From positions 8,768-21,847 of the forward strand of contig JAKMXF010000146.1 of the NCBI GenBank assembly GCA_024704765.1: a stretch of DNA of 13,080 nucleotides. The letters run 5' to 3'. The notes beneath the pieces were generated by a model. It was not told the DNA's origin, made no database searches, and saw only the letters and a program-made list of their open reading frames with translations. Positions 1-9,998 of this stretch are shown one piece after another. The stretch comes from Oopsacas minuta. Taxonomy: Eukaryota > Animalia > Porifera. Position 1 is the stretch's first letter, and each line of letters starts with the position of its first letter. Made by a program: the position numbers and the translations under genes.

Positions 1-1316
1 TACAAATAATATTGATAATGAAGATTCTCTCCTTCAAAATTCCATAGATGAACTCTTCTTGCATTTAACATTAATTCATCAGTAAGATATTCGTATGTTA
101 GTTATTCTTCAGTTACCATAGCCATAATATATTCATATTCTATTTCTTTTAATAAATCTCAGTTTAGTGTATATCTAGATTTCTGTATTACTGTATATGG
201 TAATTAAGATTACGTCATAAATTGAAAACCTGATGTGATACAACAAAATTGAAATCAACAAAAGAACCGAAATAGTCGACTTACTATACAGTAATAATGT
301 ATTTTGTAAGCCTATCTCTAAACTTGAACGCGTAAAACCCTAATACTAGTAATTTGCAATAATAGCCAACTGTGGGGTAAGTTTTTATGAATATCCAATA
401 AAAACTCGATACTCTTCTGAATTATCGTTAAATCAGTACAATTGAACCTCTGAGATTCAGGCAGTCCAGTTCGAAGGGTGTTAGGTTCTCAGGAATAACA
501 TTATGTCTATGGGAGATCCGATTTGTATATACCATGAGATAATGAAGGCATGTCAATTGGCGAATCTAGATGTTGATCAGTTTGTGAATATTAATGAACG
601 TGTTAGACATGAAGTATAGCTAAAAACAACTCTAATATTAAAGGAAAATAGCTGAGAATATTCAAACTTTTGGAAAAAATGTTACCCAGGTTCGGTAGGG
701 TTCTCATGGGTACGCCGGCTCAGATTAGAAATATTTCAAATTGTACATGTGATTACTATCACCAACCTATAAAAAGATTTTCATTCAACCATAACTTTTC
801 CTATAAGGTGCAAAGGGGGTTTCTATAAATGGGACCTCCAGTAGCGTGACAATTTTGGTCGACTTTAGGGCATTTTCATATAATCTAAAATCTATAAGCA
901 GGGGCTGGGGATACATTAAGTTTAACAATACTTCCCAACATTCAAATTTAACTTTACAAATGGGAAATTCTATGTGAAATTTTGTAGCGTTAACTATTTT
1001 TATGCTAAATTTCTTCATAAACACGATTAAAGATTTCTATTATACGGATGTACACACTCACATGGCCCCGATTTGAAATTTTGAACTAGCATTGAATTAT
1101 TCAAATTAACACTTTGCACAGAATAGAAATTTAAATAAACATTTCAATTAGCTAGGATCTATTAATATCTTTGAATATATAAGAGATGTATTCCTACAAA
1201 TTTATACTCAACCAAGAACCTTAGGAAATACTATAAAAATATTATAATTGAGCATACAGTCGTTGGTGGAAGTGGCTATACAGATTGAGACGAAAATTCT
1301 GGTTAAATGACCTTTA

Positions 1317-1397
1317 CAGTTGAAATTATAATTTGGGAATGTCGGAATGGGGGGATATCAGAATTTTCACGGTACCGAACTTATAAAGGTTCAACTG
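1317..1397. mobile_element. Possible 81-bp MITE with pogo/Tigger-like CAGTTGAA termini
   Basis: TA at 1315-1316, then CAGTTGAAattataatttggg... The right end reads ...ccgaacttataaaggTTCAACTG (revcomp CAGTTGAAcctttataagttcgg): 8-bp perfect IR plus an imperfect extension. The right flank is AA, not TA. A related terminus (ta-caattgaacctc) occurs at 437-450. Confidence 0.35.
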
Positions 1398-1895
1398 AAG
1401 CTTTAAATCAATGTATATTCTCAAGCCTTACATAAGTAACATCTATTCTGGAATAATATATTTTAAATTTACAATGAGTCGACTTTCTATATTTACATAC
1501 AGTAAGGAAGCATTGAAATTATTTTGTTAAATTCACTGAACTAGGCTTGATGCATAATGTATTTACTAACTAATGTTATGCTGTTGTGGACTAACCGGAG
1601 TTGAGCCTGTAAATATACATAAAATAGGCCAAAATCACATAAAAATTTGTATATCCCTCAATATATCATTAATTATACAATGAGTTAACTGTTAGGACCT
1701 GGGGTACACAGAAAGTTCAACAATAGGATAGGGGTTACGTTGGGAAAAAGTTCTAAGACCACTTCTCAAGCATATAGAATGCTATGGTAATACTCATGTT
1801 TTAAGTATAGTATTAAACAAATACAGGAATAAATTATACAGAATTCTGAGAAAACTATTGAGTTAAGAGAAAAATGAAAGAAAATGACAATTAAT

Positions 1896-4124
1896 TTAAA
1901 TATCCTTATCAATACTACCATGAATGTCAGGAATATCAAGGATAACACAGGGTAAATCATTTCCAAACTCGCCTTCGTCAAATACGTTTTTAGGTGGTTG
2001 CTCACTCCTTTTCCTACGTCTTTTGCTCCATAACTCATGGCAATCTTGACCGGTAGGTAAGATCAATGGAATTACGGATTCGGGTTTAAAAGACTTAAAA
2101 AACTGGTGTTTAAGAGCTTGGGCTGCAGTAATGCGTTTATTAGGATCCAAAAGTAATAATTTATCTAATAGTTCTAGAGCATCATAAGGAATTTTATCTT
2201 CGAATTCTTCCTTTAATCTTCTTCGATAATATTGCTTAGGCTTGAAAGAATTAAATAAAGATAGTTTTGTTACCTCTGGCCAAACAGCTGGGGAAGGAGT
2301 CCCACACAATTGACAAATCTTATCCAACAACTCTATTTCCCTGGATGCCATGAATAAAGTCTTTTTATTGAAAAGTTCAGCAAATATACAACCACATGAC
2401 CACATATCGATCGGGGGTCCATATCTTTCTTCACCTAGGAGGAGCTCAGGGGCCCTATACCATAATGTAATAACTTTGTTAGTATACATTCGTTGTTCAT
2501 CTTCTGCATGATAATATCTTGCTAATCCAAAATCTGCTAATTTAATTTTACCACTATTACTAATTAGTATGTTTGAACATTTTAAGTCTCTATGAAGAAA
2601 ATTGTTTCGATGGCAATAGGATACAGCTTCTAAAAGTTGTTTAATCATAAATTGTATCTGAGTTAAATCTAATTCAGCTAATCCTGAATCAAGTAACCCC
2701 ATTAAATCGTGATCCATGTACTCAAATACAAGGTAAACATCTGCTTTGTGAATATTGGATTCCAAACACACATTTGTGCTAATAATCCCTAGTAAATCTA
2801 TTACATTTTCATGACGAAGCAAGTTTAGGATCTTAATTTCTCTTACAGCTGTAATTGGAAAACCCTCCTTCTCATTATCAGTGCGTACTTTCTTCAAAGC
2901 AACAATATTACCAGATTCAATATGTGCCGCTTTGTATACTGTACCATATGTACCCTCTCCAACAAGTTCAATAATTTCGAAAGCATCAAGACTTGAGTAA
3001 CTCTTTCTACGGAATTGATGATTATTGAGATCGTTAGACATATTTAATTCTAATTGTCCAAATCTACTAATTGAACGTTTATTATCTGAGATATTCACAG
3101 AATTAGAATATATATTGTCCAAAAGTGGATAAGAGAATAATTCCTTGTTACTCCCATTGGATGTTTCTAAATTATTAATAGAATTTTCAACGAAAAATGG
3201 AACCAACCCTTCATGCTCGGGTAGAGGGGGTGGGGAAGAATCAGCTTCTTTGGGAAGGGGAGGTGGATATGGGAATTTTCTATTTTTGCGGAAGTCTTCA
3301 ACTTTGTAATTAGGATATGTAGGCAAAACAGAAATACATTCAGAAGATTTTACGAAATCTGAATAAGATATTCTTGGATTCCTTTTGCTTCCATTATCAT
3401 GTTTTTCAAATATTCTAAACTCAGTGATAGACATTGGATCTCCTAGAAAATTTTCTTTGTGTCTCTGATTTGAGGTAACTTTATGGTGGTAAACATTATC
3501 ATGATGAATATGAGGCACTTGAGGAAGTTCAAAGCAGTTATCGCAATTACTACGATTAGTAATAGGGGAATTATCAGGAGAAATATCTTCATAGGTTTCA
3601 AAAGATGAGGAACAAATATTTTTTGAATTCTTCCGGCGGCTAGGTGAATATTTCTTAGTCCTGGATGTTTTCGATTTGAAACTTTTGCGATAATCAGCTG
3701 GTGGACTATTGCCTTTGTACGATTTAGGCAAAGGAGACAATAGTGTGATGTTTTGGTCATTATATTGGCCAGGAATTGCAGAAACAAGAGAAATTTCATT
3801 AATGTCAGGCTTCACTGTATCTCTTACAGTATTCGTCGAATGAACCTTAGAAATTCGAGTATAATGGTATACATCATCCTTGGGAACCTTTCTAAAAGCA
3901 GTCTTATAAATAGTAGTAGAAAATTCAGAATTCGATGTAAGAGGATTCAAAGTATTTAGTTTGGAATTTACTTGGCATTCTAAATTTGTAATTTCAGGAC
4001 TAAGGGTGGGGCTAGAAGAAACTGGACTAAGGGTTTGATGGTGTTTAACAGTGGATAGATCGATTCGATGATTGATATTAAGTTTAGAGCAAGACATTTG
4101 AATAGGACTCAATGGAATGTCCAT
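1896..4124 (-). CDS. CDK12: Cyclin-dependent kinase 12/13-like (CrkRS/CTD kinase), 742 aa, single open frame
   Basis: Kinase domain at about 2981-2097 with GEGTYG, VALKKVR, GFPITAVREIKIL (PITAIRE class), LVFEYMDHDL, HRDLKCSN, KLADFGLAR and activation loop YTNKVITLWYRAPE. The CDK12/13-specific C-terminal extension QDCHELWSKRRRKR is present. The N-terminal half is Ser/Pro/Arg/Lys-rich, including PPPLP motifs. It could be the single pre-duplication CDK12/13 orthologue, so the symbol is family-level. Confidence 0.93.
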   Translation of the reverse strand: MDIPLSPIQMSCSKLNINHRIDLSTVKHHQTLSPVSSSPTLSPEITNLECQVNSKLNTLNPLTSNSEFSTTIYKTAFRKVPKDDVYHYTRISKVHSTNTVRDTVKPDINEISLVSAIPGQYNDQNITLLSPLPKSYKGNSPPADYRKSFKSKTSRTKKYSPSRRKNSKNICSSSFETYEDISPDNSPITNRSNCDNCFELPQVPHIHHDNVYHHKVTSNQRHKENFLGDPMSITEFRIFEKHDNGSKRNPRISYSDFVKSSECISVLPTYPNYKVEDFRKNRKFPYPPPLPKEADSSPPPLPEHEGLVPFFVENSINNLETSNGSNKELFSYPLLDNIYSNSVNISDNKRSISRFGQLELNMSNDLNNHQFRRKSYSSLDAFEIIELVGEGTYGTVYKAAHIESGNIVALKKVRTDNEKEGFPITAVREIKILNLLRHENVIDLLGIISTNVCLESNIHKADVYLVFEYMDHDLMGLLDSGLAELDLTQIQFMIKQLLEAVSYCHRNNFLHRDLKCSNILISNSGKIKLADFGLARYYHAEDEQRMYTNKVITLWYRAPELLLGEERYGPPIDMWSCGCIFAELFNKKTLFMASREIELLDKICQLCGTPSPAVWPEVTKLSLFNSFKPKQYYRRRLKEEFEDKIPYDALELLDKLLLLDPNKRITAAQALKHQFFKSFKPESVIPLILPTGQDCHELWSKRRRKRSEQPPKNVFDEGEFGNDLPCVILDIPDIHGSIDKDI

Positions 4125-4299
4125 ATAATATTGTGAGTTGAGTGTTTCGGATGAGTGAAAAATCTACCAAGATATAGAAATAGGACATGAATAATATAAT
4201 CAATAGAAATACATTCTATGATGGAACCAAAAGTACATACGCATTAGGAGAGATATTCTTTGAAAGACTTTCAATAATAAAATCGATATTTCAATAACA

Positions 4300-4375
4300 C
4301 TAGAGCTTTGCTTGCTCTCGCTCCGCGGTAGCAAATACTCTGTGTTTTCATGGAACTCGTGAGTTCGTGCCCCGA
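4300..4375. repeat. Short GC-rich structured island, possible Helitron-like/MITE terminus
   Basis: GC-rich patch in AT-rich flanks with small inverted repeats: gagc-tttgctt-gctc, ttgct...agcaa, and gaactc-gt-gagttc (4353-4366). On the minus strand it ends CTAG|T (4303-4299), the usual Helitron 3' signature. No internal or 5' TC end was identified. Confidence 0.3.
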
Positions 4376-4860
4376 AATGTATTTATAGGTACAAAAATTA
4401 GCTACATATGAGGAGTCGATAGGTGCGAAATTCCAATTCAAATGCTCGATTAAACTAGTAAAGTATTAAAGGTAAATTATAGAATGTTACACCCTCAACA
4501 TTTTCCAAGATGGTAAAAATCGCTATATAAGCCGTTATAGAGCATGTTGAGAGATGAAGATTGAGCCTGAGATTTCTAAGTCGGTCAAGAAACTAAAAAA
4601 TTACAGCATTTCTAGCTTATAAGCCAAAGTCTGTGAAGAAAATTGCAACTTCATTTAAGCCAAATATATTACAATAATAGTGTTGTAAATAGCATAGTAA
4701 TGTGCATACAATACTACAACATACCTAATTNTCGGATAAGTAAATGTATACAACTAAAGGGTGGATATATTGGGAAATAAATGTATGTGTTTAGAGATTA
4801 TTTATAGACTAATCATTGAGTTAGTATTAGAGGGCATCAATTTCTTAACACCCTGTATAT

Positions 4861-5120
4861 GCTCCCCTCTTCCTGAAACTACCCACAACTCTGGCAGCGG
4901 TTAGTCCAACCTCCCTAGGGATTCCTCAAGCGCTATTTTCTCTTGGATTGTCTCCAGTGGTAACACCTGAACAACCTGACTTCATATTCCCTGAGGTCGC
5001 GAGACCTGGTCGTCCTCGAAAGAAGCACCGATTTTCTAGGTAATCAATATACAGATCGCAAACATAGCCCTACACCTGCGCAAGATTCGATAACAATACT
5101 CTACCCCAACTAGCCTAAAG
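4861..5120 (+). pseudogene. 5' part of Kolobok-type transposase pseudogene
   Basis: Open frame from 4861 to ...ARPGRPRKKHRF. After a frameshift it reads GNQYTDRK (5039 onward), an R/K-rich+F-x-GNQYT start typical of this transposase family. A TAG lies at 5111-5113, and the frame continues across the removed insertion. Confidence 0.6.
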
Positions 5121-5343
5121 CACTGGTCGCTCAGATTCAAATATCGATCAAAAATTACCAGTTTGTTCAAAACCTAGCAGGAGTGCTTGAGTAGCTTGTC
5201 TACTTCCTTAATATCCATTATTTAAAATTATTCGTAAGCAAAACAAAATTTAGCCTAATTATATTTTTCACCAAATTTGTAACACCTTCCATTTGTGGTA
5301 CTTACTCTTTGAATTCAATTCATGTTAATTTGTAGTGTCTTAA
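5121..5343 (+). repeat. Left TIR (~223 bp) of nested element
   Basis: Aligns by eye along its length with the revcomp of 7586-7808. For example, aacaccttccatttgtggtac (5281-5301) pairs with gtaccacaaatggaaggtgtt (7625-7645), and ttgttcaaaacctagc and tctacttcct...atatccattatttaaaattattcgta are also shared. Confidence 0.92.
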
Positions 5344-5459
5344 CACTTGAATACATGTCGTTCAGTACGAGATCCCATTCAACTGCAAAAACCATAAATA
5401 TGGAATATTTCAAACCAAAAAAATATAATTTGGAAGATGGAATCCTGTGGACCATTTTC

Positions 5460-7466
5460 AGTGACAAACTTATGAATGCGCGAAAGAAGGTAAGTCTCAA
5501 TTGTTGTGTTAAAGTTGGGAACAATTGAGTAAATTTAACTCCAAGGTTACTAAAGATATACGCACAGTTTTATCAAACAACCTTTACGATCTTAGCTGCA
5601 TGATATTGACAGTTCTCTGTAAGACTTGTGCAATTTGGCTTGAGAAAACGGACAAGAATCTGAGTGCTGGAAATATGCTGATACCTTTTCTTGGACACTG
5701 CCTATAAAGAACATCAGACTAAGCTCTTGTTTTGTTGGTTCTTCTTGTGCTATGTGTCTCGAAACGTCCGATTTGGACCAAAGAAACATGCACCTCAGCA
5801 AATTCGACATATATCTGTAAGTAGACCGGTATAAAATTCTCCTCAACAAGTTGCAAAGTTGTGCAATAAATGCTTTCTAAAAGTAAGATGAGGCATTCGC
5901 CTTGAATGTTCTTCTTCTAATGCTGTTGCCAACACCAGACACTGCTTAAGTAAAAGAAAATTAATAGATAAATTTGTAGGAGATGATATCGTTTAGCGTT
6001 TGGATGTAAATGATGATTTATACCTCGAACTACCACGTATTTCAGGAGGCACCCTGTTTAACTTACAGCTAGTTCTTCTTTAAATAAGTCTGCTTCAAGT
6101 AGTGTAACTTCTGTCAGTCTTGAACTCTCAGATATGTTACAAATAAAGACTAAAGGAAATCTAAGTAATATCGGTCTTAAGTCAGTTATAAGTATATTGA
6201 GAGGTAAATTAATTGGCACCCCAGGGATAAATTATTTTACGCTGCTCGATATGAAATTATTAGTTAATTCTTTGAAGTTTGCCAACTAGAGCTGAACCGA
6301 TTTCAGAAGATAGGATATGGTGACATTTGCACTGTCTGGACAATCATCTGTTATGATGTTCCTGGCCTTCTTAGTAAAAGATTTTCTCAATCAGATAGGA
6401 TTGATATCTATAAATTGCATTATAAGTTAGGACTGGACTTTGAACAAAGATTTTTGAAAGTGACAATTCAACCAGAATTATCCAATAGCGTAAGCGATCT
6501 GGCAATAATTTGGCAGAGGCCTGTGCCAGAAAATTATCACAACCTCAAGGCAATATTCTCCAGTCATGAAATCAGACGTCTTATCGTTCATTTCAATGTT
6601 AACCTAACGATTGATATAAAAGCTGCACTAATAGCTTTTGGTTTCATGCCTGGCAGACATCCATGTCCCTGGCGTACCTGGGACGAAAGGGATAATCTAA
6701 ACGACATTACGAAATGGGAGCTAAGAGGTCAACACAGCATGGTCTACAGTATCAAGAATTTGCAGAGAAGATGGCGGATTGAAAGAAAATTCAAAATTAT
6801 GCAAGGGAGTTGAAACCCCACCGTATTTCAGGATGCTGAATTCTACCTATTGAAAATAAGGCTATTCTCAATCTCCCAGAGCTAGATTTGATGCTTTTAG
6901 TAGGCCAGATATTTTAGGATGTAATTATAGAGTCCATGTCAGAAGACGAAATACAGATCCATCAGGATACTTTGTAGAGTTATAACATCAAGTATAGTTA
7001 ATACCTTGGTGGAAGCTTCAAAGGAATTCATTGAGATTATTACTGAAACATCATGGAATTTGTTTCTAAATATGAATTATGATACCGTCATAGCATTATG
7101 AAGATTTGACTCCGTGACATCTTCTTGTATTGGGATATCCAGGTGTACTCCCGAGTTTCACGAAAGGACCTTTGAATTTGAAGAAGCCTACAAAATATGT
7201 GGTATTTCTATACAACAAAAGCACATATATTATCCAACCATTTGGTTACCTCTCTGCTATATTTACCTACAGATAAAGAGTTGGTTGTAGTATCAGAACA
7301 GGCATTGGAATATAGTCACCAGCATTTTAACAATGTGTGGAGAAGATACAAATTTGGTGAGGATACAGAAAGTTATGGTGAGGGGTTATTTAACGCAGTA
7401 TGTGAATTTAATTATAATCTCTTGCTTCTGATAATGCAGCAGATGTTTGGAGGGACTACAAGATGA
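5460..7466 (+). pseudogene. Fragmented DDE transposase with RAG1-core/Transib-like motifs and an N-terminal Cys/His zinc-binding region
   Basis: N-terminal relics are RKKVSLNCC (~5480-5510), TVLCKTC (~5610-5630), YICK (~5810-5820) and LCNKCF...GIRLEC (~5860-5910). Core motifs are KLGLD (D 6436-6438), TIDIKAALIAFGFMPGRHPCPWR (D 6613-6615 plus degenerate CxxC), LPELDLML, YLGGSFKG, KAHILSNH and SEQALEYSH (E 7308-7310). There are many stops and frameshifts, and the start is approximate. Confidence 0.75.
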
Positions 7467-7585
7467 AAACGAGATCGAGTGCAATTGGTATGATAAATGA
7501 CAAGTATAATTATATTAAAACCAGTGTGAATTAATAGTTTTCCAAAATTTTTGTTTAGTTCACATGAAGATATTCATTAGAGATA

Positions 7586-7808
7586 TTAAACACTACTAAT
7601 TAGCATGCATTGAATTCAAAGAAAGTACCACAAATGGAAGGTGTTAGAAATTAAGTGAAAAAGTACAATTAGGCTATATTTTTGTTTTTGCGTACGAATA
7701 ATTTTAAATAATGGATATTTAGGAAGTAGACATGCTACTTTATCACTCCAGCTAGGTTTTGAACAAGCTGTATTTTTTTTATCGATATTTGAATCTCAGC
7801 GACACGTG
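7586..7808 (-). repeat. Right TIR (~223 bp) of nested element
   Basis: Reverse complement of 5121-5343 with scattered substitutions and small indels. It ends ...CAGCGACACGTG, followed by the AAAG TSD. Confidence 0.92.
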
Positions 7809-7812
7809 AAAG

Positions 7813-9687
7813 CAAAGACTCGCAAGCACACCAAAGTTCTCCCTGGCAGAGGCTACATTGCTAAATTAGGATACCACCAAAGACTCGTTCTAAACTTGTG
7901 TTACTACGCTCAGTTCAAGGAGAATCAGAGAGAGATGCACACATACCATCTGGCATGAGAGTACTTGATGTGGGCACCCTGGCCGAGGTATTCTCTACCT
8001 TTAGATGCAACCAGTGTATTGGGAGTCCTGCCCTATCTGAAGAAGGTTGGAACCATGGCTGCAGACTTTTTTCAGAGGTAAATGCGATAGATGTCATAAA
8101 TAACATGCTACCTTCCCTTCCTCACGCTCTCTCGACATAGCAAGCCACCATACCTGTGTCAGCTGCCATTTACACCCAGGGATATGGATGAAATAACCAT
8201 GAGACCTGTAATGCTGTACACCCAACTGGTATATCATGTCGTAATTTTCAAAGATCTCAGCAATGTTTGATATACCTCAATCACTACAAAGCATGCCATC
8301 TCTATACTTAAACCGGATAGAAGCTGTTACCACTGCAGCAGCAACAATTACTATGACTGATGCGACAAAACAGTTATAATAACGAGTAGACTGTGAGCTA
8401 TCACCTCAATCAAACGCTATCAACATTACTATCAGTTTCATAGCTCCTGGAAGACCAGAGGATTCTATTCAAACATAGGTTTTGGTCCTATTATCTCTAC
8501 TGACACCAAGAAGGTACTGGATTATGAGATCATGACTCCACTCTGCGAGAAGTGCTCTGTCTAGACTCTAGACCGAGGAGAAGCAGCAAGGTAGAGCGGC
8601 AGAGTAGGAGAAGTGGTTGGAGCGTTACAAGACAAGCTGTAACAGAAAGTACATTGAAACTTCTCAAACTATGGAGCCAGAAGCAACCAAGAGGATTTGG
8701 GGACGGAGATTCAAAGAACTACCAGCAGCTGAGAGAGCTAGATCTATACCCTGTTGGTGAAGATACGAAAAGAAGAGTGTAAACACATGTAGTCAAGCGT
8801 CTGAACAAAGCCCTAAAGAAGAAAATAAGGAGTACGAAGAGTCATTCTTATGTACAGCTCGCACTATCTGAATGGAATGCTGCCTATTGCTGCAAATTAT
8901 TCTACTGTATCTATCCACATTGTAGTTTAACATCAAACAAGCTGTGTCCAGGTCTCCGTGTACTAGTTGATCATGTGGCAGGGGATCATTCGGGCTGTCC
9001 TATTGGAGAAAAATCTTGGCGCCGGTGGAGAAGCCTATCAAGCTCTACAGCACCTATTGCTCTGACAACTTTCAAGCCAATTGATATCAAAAGAGAGAAG
9101 TATTCAATCCTTATGCGACAGAAGAGTTCTGTAGCAATCTGACTTTAGGACTAACTCAAAATGCCAATGGATCCCTGCACAATACTATTTAGAGTCTGTG
9201 TCCTAAAAGCAAGTACGTATCACCTCAATCAATTAGGATTAGCACTGCTATCGCTGTCCCAACATTCAACGAGGGAGAACTATCACTATTCGCCATCCTG
9301 AATTACGTTGGCCTGCCTCCACCTTGGAGGGCTTACGATTCTATCCTGAAAAGAGAATATTGGTTTGATTATACACGCTGTTACCAGAAGAAGTCTGATT
9401 TCCAACGAATGACGAAGAGCGCGGTTATTTAAGCAGTAGAGGGGGAGAAGGCCCTGTTGAAGGCAGAAGGTGCTCGAAGTTACATATGCAGGAACTTTGG
9501 AGTTGAGAACGTTCCAGAGAAGAAAAAGCGCAGAGGTGCTCGAGGACGAGTGAGACCAATATGGAGAGGACGTGGTGGCGTGAAGAGGAGAATCAGGGAG
9601 GCTAGCGTCTCTCCTGCCTCCACGCAGTCTTCTTCTGATTCATCCAGCAGTTATGGACACTGGCTGCGAAATTTTAGTCGTTTTTAG
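7813..9687 (+). pseudogene. Main body of Kolobok-type ('Mutator-like') DDE transposase pseudogene
   Basis: Family motifs appear in order across frames: GMRVLDVGTLAEVFSTFRCNQC; F-[D]SSWKTRGFYSNIG...TKKVLDYEIMTPLCEKC (~8437-8555, G of the D codon lost); SCNRKY..TSQTMEPEA.KRIWGR; GDGDSK (8699-8716); YP...KEEC.HV.KRL; HSGCPIGEKSW; GLTQNANGSLHNTI*SLCPK (E-to-G at 9169-9171); FNEG; and EG..Y..G.F near 9470-9500. The 3' limit is approximate. Confidence 0.8.
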
Positions 9688-9918
9688 CCAAATTTGTTTA
9701 TATGAGTTTATTATATAGAAGGATACTCACATGCATTGTGATCATTCCTACATTGAAATTTTTCAAATCTGAGTATTCTAGAGTAAGTCATGCGACTATT
9801 TGTGACATCATTTCTTCTAAAAATTGCCATTTTTGGTAAAATTTTGAATTCCCTTCAATTTAACATTATCGGCAAATACTTCTCCTATATAATGTACATA
9901 ATTATGAATATCTATTAT

Positions 9919-9998
9919 GGGTCCTGCTGGCCTAGTGGAAAGAACTACTTCCCAAAGCAGGTCATGGGTTCGAATCCTTAAGCAGGACTCACCTTTTT
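9919..9998 (+). pseudogene. tRNA-derived (tRNA-Gly-like) Pol III module: pseudo-tRNA or SINE head
   Basis: A box TGGCCTAGTGG (9928-9938) and B box GGTTCGAATCC (9967-9977). A 9-bp closing stem GGGTCCTGC/GCAGGACTC (one G-U) is present. The middle ctacttcccaaagcag resembles the tRNA-Gly anticodon arm, and TTTTT follows at 9994-9998. The D, anticodon and T stems are broken, so it is not a functional tRNA. Confidence 0.75.

Larger units (their letters stand above)
5121..7808 (+). mobile_element. Chapaev-like / Transib-RAG1-related DNA transposon, 2688 bp, non-autonomous by decay
   Basis: Long TIRs begin CACTGGTCGCTCAGATTCAAATATCGAT (left) and CACGTGTCGCTGAGATTCAAATATCGAT (right, revcomp). The identical 4-bp direct repeat AAAG sits at 5117-5120 and 7809-7812. 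CAC...GTG termini with a 3-4 bp TSD are Chapaev hallmarks, whereas Transib makes a 5-bp TSD. Confidence 0.85.
4470..9854 (+). mobile_element. Decayed Kolobok-type (Mutator-like) DNA transposon, interrupted by a nested element
   Basis: Transposase remnants lie on both sides of 5121-7808. Candidate ends: TTAA (4466-4469)+AGGTAAATTATAGAATGTTAC on the left, and GTAAAATTTTGAATTCCCT+TCAA (9855-9858, degenerate TTAA) on the right. The TIR match is weak, so the left boundary is tentative. The transposase identity is much better supported than the ends. Confidence 0.6.

Noticed and set aside
785-1024. 79-aa minus-strand ORF
   Set aside because: No recognisable motif; consistent with a chance ORF in AT-rich intergenic or TE-derived DNA.
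1766-2038. 90-aa hydrophobic minus-strand ORF overlapping the kinase 3' end
   Set aside because: Alternative frame running into an AT-rich 3' UTR. Hydrophobicity follows from T-rich codons, and there is no family motif.
3443-3959. ORFs 3443-3799 (-) and 3753-3959 (+)
   Set aside because: Shadow frames wholly inside the CDK12/13 CDS.
4731-4731. Ambiguous base n
   Set aside because: Assembly or consensus artefact, not a biological feature.
4840-4860. tttcttaacaccctgtata, resembling a Tc1/mariner-type right terminus (revcomp TACAGGGTG) at the 5' limit of the Kolobok ORF
   Set aside because: No matching partner terminus was found in the window, so an element cannot be delimited.
5121-5160. Possible RSS (heptamer-spacer-nonamer) in the TIR
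   Set aside because: Only CAC matches the heptamer, and the A-rich tract sits ~20 bp away, fitting neither 12 nor 23 spacing. It is also not an ACAAAAACC match.
5315-5849. Short ORFs 5315-5524 (-) and 5592-5849 (-)
   Set aside because: Antisense to the decayed transposase; no independent coding evidence.
9921-9989. Functional tRNA-Gly gene
   Set aside because: The D, anticodon and T stems have multiple mismatches and the loop length is non-canonical. It is kept only as a pseudo-tRNA or SINE head.
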